Of a stretch of 64,000 nt of DNA, positions 57,755 to 64,000 are shown in pieces. Under the pieces are notes generated by a model, which was not told where the DNA came from, ran no database searches, and worked only from the letters and a program-made list of their open reading frames with translations. The stretch covers positions 352,124 through 416,123 of the forward strand of contig PLXZ01000001.1 of assembly GCA_003151615.1 (NCBI GenBank), given 5' to 3'. This stretch comes from Candidatus Tayloriibacteriota bacterium. GTDB taxonomy: Bacteria > Patescibacteriota > Minisyncoccia > Phycocordibacterales > PALSA-1337. The position numbers were made by a program, and so were the translations under genes. Each line of letters begins with the position of its first letter. The stretch's first letter is position 1.

Positions 57755-59022
57755 TGACAACAAAATGGATACACAATTTCGAAGAACTGGCGACAACTGA
57801 AAACAGGAAATTGGCTTTGAACATAGCCGAAGCCGGACTCGACGCGATTAACACCGAGAAAATCATACGGGCGTCGGTCAAGCTCGACGGAAATATATTG
57901 TCGGTGCAGAGTGCGCAATTCGATCTCTCGAAATTCAAGAGAATCAAAGTCATCGGTTTCGGAAAAGCTTCATGCGAGGCGGCGCACGCTCTCGAACAAG
58001 TCATGGGTCCGAAAATAAACGAAGGCGTGGTCATCGGACTGAATGCCATCAAATGCGATTACATAGAAACGTTTGCGGGAAGCCATCCGAAGCCTTCGTT
58101 CGTCAACATTGCGGCCGGCCGGAAAATTTTTGAAATAGGATCCGGTTCGACTGCGGATGATTTGGTCATCGTCATCGTTTCCGGCGGCGGCTCGTCTCTC
58201 CTGTGCTGGCCGGAAAGTGAATGTGATCAGGAAATAAAACTCTACGACAAATTCATCGACCGCGGCGAAAACATCATCGAATTGAATACGGTCAGGAAAC
58301 ATATATCGCATTTGAAGGGAGGGGGGTTGGCAAAACTTTTGTATCCCGCGACGGTTGTCGGCCTCATTTTTTCCGACGTCGCCGGTGATCATTTTGAAGA
58401 TGTCGCATCCGGTCCGACATACAAGGATTCCTCGACAATCGCCGACGCCGAAAAAATCATACAAAAATACAATCTCGGTGCTTTTGAACTGGTCGAGACG
58501 ACAAAAGACGATATGTATTTTAAAAACGTCACAAATTTCGTGCTCGTATCGAACCATACGGCGCTCGCCGCGATGAAAAAACAGGCCGAAGATTCCGGCT
58601 TTGCCGTCGAAATCATTTCATCGGAATTGTTCGATGAGACAGGTATTGCCCTGCGAAAAATGTTCGAAAAAAAGAAGCCGGGTACGGTTGTGCTGGCAGG
58701 CGGGGAAACGCTCGTTGTCGGGGATAAAACGGGCGGAAGCGGCGGCAGATGCCTGTTTATGGGCATTAACGCCCTTGATCTCGTCGGCGACGATTCCGTG
58801 TTCATACCGCTTGCCTCCGACGGAATCGACAACAGTCCGGCGGCCGGAGTCGTCGTCGACCGCGAGACTGCGGCGCAAGCAAAAAGTCTGTCGCTCGACA
58901 AAGCCGATTATATCCGGCGTTTCGATTCGTATGAATTTTTCGAGAAGACCGGCGGCGTCATTTCCACCGGTCCGACGAATGCGAACGTTTCCGACCTGAT
59001 GATTTTATTAACCCAAAAATAA
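57754..59022 (+). CDS. Glycerate 2-kinase (MOFRL family)
   Basis: 422 aa. DLVIVIVSGGGSSLL and the two-domain MOFRL architecture. Confidence 0.55.
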   Translation: MTTKWIHNFEELATTENRKLALNIAEAGLDAINTEKIIRASVKLDGNILSVQSAQFDLSKFKRIKVIGFGKASCEAAHALEQVMGPKINEGVVIGLNAIKCDYIETFAGSHPKPSFVNIAAGRKIFEIGSGSTADDLVIVIVSGGGSSLLCWPESECDQEIKLYDKFIDRGENIIELNTVRKHISHLKGGGLAKLLYPATVVGLIFSDVAGDHFEDVASGPTYKDSSTIADAEKIIQKYNLGAFELVETTKDDMYFKNVTNFVLVSNHTALAAMKKQAEDSGFAVEIISSELFDETGIALRKMFEKKKPGTVVLAGGETLVVGDKTGGSGGRCLFMGINALDLVGDDSVFIPLASDGIDNSPAAGVVVDRETAAQAKSLSLDKADYIRRFDSYEFFEKTGGVISTGPTNANVSDLMILLTQK

Positions 59023-59035
59023 TTCAACATACACC

Positions 59036-59839
59036 ATGCAAACAAAATCACAAATCGTAGCGACCATCGGACCTTCATCGCAGGACAAGGATATTTTGAA
59101 GCAAATGATTTCGCATGGCATGGCTGTGGCGCGTCTCAATTTTTCATGGGGAAGTTTGGAGGAACACGCACAATATATGGAGCATATCCGCGCGGCCGCC
59201 GGCGAGACCGGGGCAGAAGTTCTCATCATGCAGGATCTCTCCGGTCCGCGGGTGCAGAATGTTTCGGGACATACGTTCAACGTCAATGCGAAGGAAACGA
59301 TAACGCCGAAGGATTTGGTCGATCTGCAATTTGGATTGGAACAGAAGGTTGATTATGTGGCGATGTCGTTCGTCGGATCGGCGAGGGACATATTGGAATT
59401 AAAATCGATTATAGCGAAAGCGGGAAAGACAACTCCGGTCATCGCCAAAATCGAACGCGAAATCGCCGTCAAAAATATCGATGAAATTATCGCGGTTTCC
59501 GACGCGATCATGATTGCCCGCGGCGATTTGGGCAACGACGTGCCGATTGAAAAAATTCCATTCATCGAGCGGACGATTCTCGATAAGTGCAAAAAAGCCG
59601 GTAAACCCGTCATTACCGCGACCCAAATGATGCTGTCGATGGTTTCGAGCGAAATGCCGACGCGAGCCGAGGTCACCGACGTCGCTTTCGCAATCCTGGG
59701 CGGTTCGGACGCAGTCATGCTCTCCGAAGAAACTGCAAACGGAAAATATCCCGTCAAAGCCGTCGAAATGATGGAAAAAATTATCGCCGAAGCGGAACTG
59801 CATTTGAAAGGGAGTGCGCAATTCAATCATTTAACGTAA
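59036..59839 (+). CDS. pyk: Pyruvate kinase, short form lacking the C-terminal domain
   Basis: IVATIGPSS...VARLNFSWG...IAKIEREIAV...ARGDLGNDV...MLSEETANGKYP are the PK barrel-domain motifs, but the protein is only 267 aa. Confidence 0.6.
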   Translation: MQTKSQIVATIGPSSQDKDILKQMISHGMAVARLNFSWGSLEEHAQYMEHIRAAAGETGAEVLIMQDLSGPRVQNVSGHTFNVNAKETITPKDLVDLQFGLEQKVDYVAMSFVGSARDILELKSIIAKAGKTTPVIAKIEREIAVKNIDEIIAVSDAIMIARGDLGNDVPIEKIPFIERTILDKCKKAGKPVITATQMMLSMVSSEMPTRAEVTDVAFAILGGSDAVMLSEETANGKYPVKAVEMMEKIIAEAELHLKGSAQFNHLT

Positions 59840-60960
59840 TGAAGGATTTCGCCGTCGGCGTGCGCAATTCGATAATCCGCGCTTGTTATCGCTGGATCAT
59901 GAAACCGTTTTTTTTCCGGCACGACGCCGAAATGGTGCATGACAGGGTGACATTTATCGGCGCGAAGCTTGGCGAATACACGGTTGCGCAATGGGCGACG
60001 AAAGTATTCTTCGGATATTCGAATAAAAAACTGGAGCAAAAAGTGCTCGGCATTTCGTTTGCCAATCCGGTCGGATTGGCGGCGGGCTTCGACAAGGAGG
60101 GTCAGTTGACCGACATTATACCGAGCGTCGGTTTTGGTTTCGAGGAAATCGGATCGGTCACCGGATATCCCTGCGCAGGCAATCCGAAACCGCGCCTCTG
60201 GCGGCTCAAAAAATCAAAAAGTCTCGTCGTGTATTACGGGTTAAAAAACCGCGGTTGCGAGATTATCGCCGCGCATTTAAAAACAAAAACATTCAAAAAC
60301 CGCATCGGTACGAGCGTGGCTATGACAAATTGGGCGAAAAATAACGACATTGCTGTTGCGATCGAGGATTATGCAAAAGCTTTCAAAGCTTTTGCATTCA
60401 TCGGTGATTACTTCACTATCAACATCAGCTGTCCGAATACGCAGGGGGGACAGCCGTTTCTCGATCCGGCCAGTTTGGACCATTTGCTCGATGCTTTGGA
60501 AAAAATAAATACGAATAAAGCCGTTTTCATAAAATTATCTCCTGACATGACGGTTTCCGCGGTCGACGCCATTCTCGACATTGCCGAAAAACACCGCGTT
60601 CACGGAATCATCTGCGCCAATCTGACTAAAAAAAGAAATGCGGACAAAATTGCCGATAAAAACGTTCCCAAAGTCGGGGGACTGAGCGGCAAACCCGTTT
60701 CCGGAATGTCCGACAGCCTCATCGCTCATATATATCGCAGATACAAAGACCGCTTCGCAATCGTCGGCGTCGGAGGAATTTTTTCGGCGGAAGACGCGTA
60801 TCGGAAAATGAGGCTCGGGGCGTCGCTCGTGCAATTGATCACCGGCATGATATTTGAAGGTCCGCAGATCGTGAGCGAAGTCAATCGGGGCCTGGTCAAA
60901 CTTTTAAAACGCGATGGTTTCGCGAATATAAGCGAAGCGGTCGGCGTCGATGCCGTATAA
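59839..60960 (+). CDS. pyrD: Dihydroorotate dehydrogenase (class 2, quinone-type)
   Basis: FANPVGLAAGFDKEG motif, with the class-2 N-terminal extension. Confidence 0.7.
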   Translation: MKDFAVGVRNSIIRACYRWIMKPFFFRHDAEMVHDRVTFIGAKLGEYTVAQWATKVFFGYSNKKLEQKVLGISFANPVGLAAGFDKEGQLTDIIPSVGFGFEEIGSVTGYPCAGNPKPRLWRLKKSKSLVVYYGLKNRGCEIIAAHLKTKTFKNRIGTSVAMTNWAKNNDIAVAIEDYAKAFKAFAFIGDYFTINISCPNTQGGQPFLDPASLDHLLDALEKINTNKAVFIKLSPDMTVSAVDAILDIAEKHRVHGIICANLTKKRNADKIADKNVPKVGGLSGKPVSGMSDSLIAHIYRRYKDRFAIVGVGGIFSAEDAYRKMRLGASLVQLITGMIFEGPQIVSEVNRGLVKLLKRDGFANISEAVGVDAV

Positions 60961-60989
60961 TGAACGTGAAATAATCACCACGATACAGT

Positions 60990-61643
60990 ATGCAAACCAC
61001 AAACACAAAAATGGGAAAATTAGTTTTAATTCGACATCATGAATCGGAGTGGAACAAGCTCGGCAAATGGACGGGATTGACTGACGTACATTTGACACTG
61101 TATGGTTTCGAGGAGTCGGAAGAAATGGGGAAGCAGATCGAAGACATTTGTTTCGATTGCGCGTTTGCATCGATGCAGGTGCGTTCGATTGAAACGCTCG
61201 CTTCGATTTTAACCATATGCAAAGCCGATCCGAAATTGCCGGTCGAACATGTTGCCGCGTTGAATGAGCGCGATTACGGCGACTATACCGGAAAAAACAA
61301 ATGGGAGATGGAGAAAATTCTCGGCGAAGAAAAATTCAACGAATTGCGCCGCGGCTGGGATTATCCCGTGCCTCACGGTGAGACGCTCAAAATGGTGTAC
61401 GAACGCGCAGTGCCGTTTTTTCTGGAGCGAGTGTTGCCAATTTTGCGCGAAGGCAAGAACGTTCTTGTCGTTTCCCACGGCAACACCATTCGTACGCTCA
61501 TCAAATATATAGAGAACGTTTCCGACGCTGATGTGGCACGGATCGAAATGCCATTTGGCGGCATTCTTATATATGATCTCGACGCCGACGGCCATATTGT
61601 GCACAAGGAAATGAGAATGGTCGCATCGACGGTGAATGCCTAA
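60990..61643 (+). CDS. gpmA: Phosphoglycerate mutase (histidine-phosphatase family)
   Basis: LVLIRHHESEWN catalytic His motif. Confidence 0.65.
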   Translation: MQTTNTKMGKLVLIRHHESEWNKLGKWTGLTDVHLTLYGFEESEEMGKQIEDICFDCAFASMQVRSIETLASILTICKADPKLPVEHVAALNERDYGDYTGKNKWEMEKILGEEKFNELRRGWDYPVPHGETLKMVYERAVPFFLERVLPILREGKNVLVVSHGNTIRTLIKYIENVSDADVARIEMPFGGILIYDLDADGHIVHKEMRMVASTVNA

Positions 61644-61733
61644 CGTTTCCCTCACGCAATACCGGTCGTGGCGGCCTTTGACACCCCCAGACGGCGGTGG
61701 TAGTCTTCAAACAGACGGTCAAAAAAGAAAATT

Positions 61734-62696
61734 ATGAAAACAAATGTATTTGCAAACAGCGACGCACTCAAGCGGCTTTTGAGCCCTGATAACGTCGCAC
61801 CGCTCATCCAATTGCCCGAAGACCTCAACCCTTTTTACGCCGACGGCGTCGAAATTTGGGCGAAGGTCTACGGCGGAAACCAACACATTAAATTGGTAAC
61901 CGCCATTGGCATGCTCGAATCCGCACAGCAACTGGGCAAGCTCGACGGCGTCACCACGCTCGTCGAGGCCTCGTCGGGCAACATGGTCCACGCGCTCCAT
62001 ATCGTGAAGGATTGGTTCGGGATCAAGGAAGTCATTCCCGTCATCCCTCGCGACATTGCTCCCGGCAAGCTTGAAGTGATCCGCCTTCTGGGAATGGATC
62101 CGGTATTTTTCAAGGACAACGGAGTCGCTTTGGCTGAAGAGCTCGGCAAACGGCCCGGTCATTTGAACCTGAACCAATACCACAATGCCGCAAACCCTGC
62201 GGCGCACGAAAAACATACCGGCCCGCAGATTTTCGATCAGACCGAGGGTCACGTTCGCATTTTTGCGGCAGGTCTCGGCACTACCGGCACGATGGAAGGC
62301 GTCTGCCGTTTCCTCCGCGGACAGCTTGGGCCGAAAATCACGACGGTGGGCATTGTCTGCAAAGAAGGCAATCCCATTCCCGGCATACGCTCGTTTAAAA
62401 AACTGCGGGAAATCGGCTTCGCTTGGAAGGTGTGGAGCGATCATCTCATCGAGATGACCACGCCCGAAGCCTATTTGGCGAGCCTCAATATGCAGAAAAA
62501 AGGCATTTCCGCCGGACCAAGTTCGGGGGCAGCTCTACAGGGTCTGATTGATTTTATCCGCAAGGAAAAATCATCCGGCAAGCTGGACAGTTACCGCGGT
62601 CCCGACGGGAAAATCGTGGCGGTCTTCATATGTCCCGATGCGTGGGAAAAGTATATTGAGAAATACACCATGGCCCTCGATTCATTTCAGATCTGA
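61734..62696 (+). CDS. PLP-dependent cysteine-synthase-family enzyme (CysK/CysM-like)
   Basis: 320 aa. SSGNMVHAL PLP-binding region and GTTGT loop. Confidence 0.5.
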   Translation: MKTNVFANSDALKRLLSPDNVAPLIQLPEDLNPFYADGVEIWAKVYGGNQHIKLVTAIGMLESAQQLGKLDGVTTLVEASSGNMVHALHIVKDWFGIKEVIPVIPRDIAPGKLEVIRLLGMDPVFFKDNGVALAEELGKRPGHLNLNQYHNAANPAAHEKHTGPQIFDQTEGHVRIFAAGLGTTGTMEGVCRFLRGQLGPKITTVGIVCKEGNPIPGIRSFKKLREIGFAWKVWSDHLIEMTTPEAYLASLNMQKKGISAGPSSGAALQGLIDFIRKEKSSGKLDSYRGPDGKIVAVFICPDAWEKYIEKYTMALDSFQI

Positions 62697-62725
62697 TTGT
62701 TCAGATTTGGTTTCAATCGTATGGC

Positions 62726-63871
62726 GTGTCCTTTGCACAAAGGCGCGCCATTTTTTATTGCTTTTATTGCCGCCGCATGGAGTGCATGATAAAATCAAGC
62801 GGCGCAAGCTTCATTTTTATGGAAAAACCTCTTACGTATGCGGATATGAAAAGCCAAACCGGTTTGACTGTTTTTTACGTGCCGCGCGAGGACGGGGGAG
62901 CGATTCTTCGGGCTGTGGCCGACGGTTCGCCGACAATCGAGGCCACTTTTTCACGTTCCAGAATCGATGAAGCCCACATTTTATATACTGAAGTCACAGA
63001 ACTTTTGGATTCGCGCGCGGCTTTACATGAAAGTCCTGCAAAAATCCGTGCAGTTGTCGAAAAATTATTCGCGGTATTTCGCGGAGAGAAAGTTTTTTTT
63101 ACTTCTGAAGACGCGGCTGGAGGTTCTTCTTCCGCTCCAAAACCCATCCGCAAGCCTTCCGGAGAATTTGTTGCCAATCCGGGTAAAAAAATTGAAATTG
63201 ATGTCGATGGCGTGATGTATCAACGCCTGCCGGTGCGTACGCGGCTCATAACCTTGCGCGATACCGATATTGTGCCGATTCTTGAAGAATATGTGAAGCC
63301 TTGGTTGAAGTCCGGCGATTTGTTATTTGTGAGCGAAAAAGCCCTCACCATTACGCAGGGGCGGGTTGTAGATATGAGTGAAGTCAAACCGTCGGCTCTT
63401 GCCCGATTTTTCGCCCGAAATATCGGCAATTATTACGGCTCAAGCAAGTTCCGCGGTTTCGGTCATGGCACCACGCTCGCCATGCAGTTGTTTATTGAAG
63501 AAGCAGGGTACGCGAGAGTTCTTTTTTCAGCGGCTGTTTCGGCTATCACTCGGCCATTCGGCATCCGAGGCATGTTTTATCGAATTTGCGGCAAGCGGGC
63601 GAAATCGATTGATTGCCCAATGTCTTTTTTGATTCTCGACTACGCGCACGCGGCAAAGCTCGCTCCGAATGATCCGAATGGCGTCGCACGTGAAATCCGC
63701 GGAAAACTCGGTTGCGAAACCTTCATCCTCGACGCCAACTATCGCGGCGCATTCACGCTCGGCAAATCGACGCGCTCGGTTTCCGAAGCATTCATCGGCA
63801 AACTGTTCGCCGACAATCCTCTTGGCCAATCCGACGAAATGACGCCGTTTTGCATTGTGCGGAGGAAGTAG
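62726..63871 (+). CDS. CofE-like (F420-0:gamma-glutamyl ligase family) protein
   Basis: Weak resemblance of the C-terminal half to the CofE/F420-ligase fold. The true start may be the internal MEKPLTY. Confidence 0.3.
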   Translation: MSFAQRRAIFYCFYCRRMECMIKSSGASFIFMEKPLTYADMKSQTGLTVFYVPREDGGAILRAVADGSPTIEATFSRSRIDEAHILYTEVTELLDSRAALHESPAKIRAVVEKLFAVFRGEKVFFTSEDAAGGSSSAPKPIRKPSGEFVANPGKKIEIDVDGVMYQRLPVRTRLITLRDTDIVPILEEYVKPWLKSGDLLFVSEKALTITQGRVVDMSEVKPSALARFFARNIGNYYGSSKFRGFGHGTTLAMQLFIEEAGYARVLFSAAVSAITRPFGIRGMFYRICGKRAKSIDCPMSFLILDYAHAAKLAPNDPNGVAREIRGKLGCETFILDANYRGAFTLGKSTRSVSEAFIGKLFADNPLGQSDEMTPFCIVRRK

Positions 63872-63901
63872 TGTGATAAAATGGACGCACGTTAGAGAAA
63901 T

Positions 63902-64000
63902 AAATGTCTAAGTTTCAACTCAAGCCAAAAGTCAATTCGTTACGAAAGTCAGGAAAAACTATTCGAGAAATTCAGAAAATAACCGGTCTATCAAAAAGCA
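63902..64000 (+). CDS. Hypothetical protein, 5' fragment (runs off the window)
   Basis: ORF MSKFQLKPKVNSLRKSGKTIREIQKITGLSKS..., possibly an HTH. Confidence 0.3.

Noticed and set aside
57370-58901. Minus-strand ORFs (148-195 aa)
   Set aside because: They overlap the 2-hydroxyacid dehydrogenase and glycerate kinase genes and have no motifs.

Overview
This 64-kb window looks like a small-genome, gene-dense bacterium, and the gene content resembles CPR/Patescibacteria-type organisms; this assignment is an inference, not proven. Every call is from reading the six-frame translations and the raw DNA by eye; no searches were run, and all coordinates and starts are manual estimates.

(1) 1-16.6 kb is a single-strand (minus) surface-glycan locus. 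It holds a Wzx flippase, two GT2 enzymes, three FkbM-family and two other methyltransferases, GalE, and a complete GDP-D-glycero-alpha-D-manno-heptose pathway (GmhA, HddA, a GmhB domain fused to a glycosyltransferase, HddC). At its downstream end is a carrier-protein-dependent O-acylation cassette: AcpS, an FkbH-like HAD loading enzyme, an ACP, an SDR, and a DltB/AlgI-type MBOAT that runs off the window edge and is absent from the ORF track.

(2) 16.6-22.5 kb, plus strand: a Wzy/O-antigen-ligase-like membrane protein with a C-terminal TPR domain and two large secreted proteins, one with PKD-like repeats.

(3) 22.7-39.1 kb is housekeeping: murB, secA, obg, a type IV pilin / prepilin peptidase / minor pseudopilin cluster, ligA, and gatC/gatA. 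Two AT-rich foreign-looking genes are inserted, one of them antisense between gatC and gatA.

(4) 39.2-50.1 kb: a tRNA-Met(CAU) followed by an ~11-kb integrated element. It carries a large serine recombinase; an AT-rich cargo block (a membrane protein flanked by ~47-bp direct repeats, a structured 340-nt leader, two paralogous secreted proteins sharing an AAWWNPLSWGIFSS motif, a GH18-like hydrolase, an HTH regulator, a zinc-ribbon/coiled-coil DUF2130-like protein); and, convergent to these, a phage TerS/TerL packaging module plus a ParB-DNA-methylase fusion. No capsid or tail genes are visible.

(5) 50.1-64 kb: a ~400-nt structured leader with an intrinsic terminator upstream of anaerobic RNR nrdDG, then nifS/iscU, an FAD/NAD oxidoreductase, an ArsR regulator, a 2-hydroxyacid dehydrogenase / glycerate kinase / short pyruvate kinase / gpmA block, pyrD, a CysK-like enzyme and a CofE-like protein.

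No CRISPR array and no rRNA were seen. The most interesting candidates are the FkbH-ACP-MBOAT 'Dlt-like' cassette, the repeat-flanked cargo gene next to the serine recombinase, the structured leader and paralogous secreted proteins inside the island, and the antisense gene splitting gatCA.
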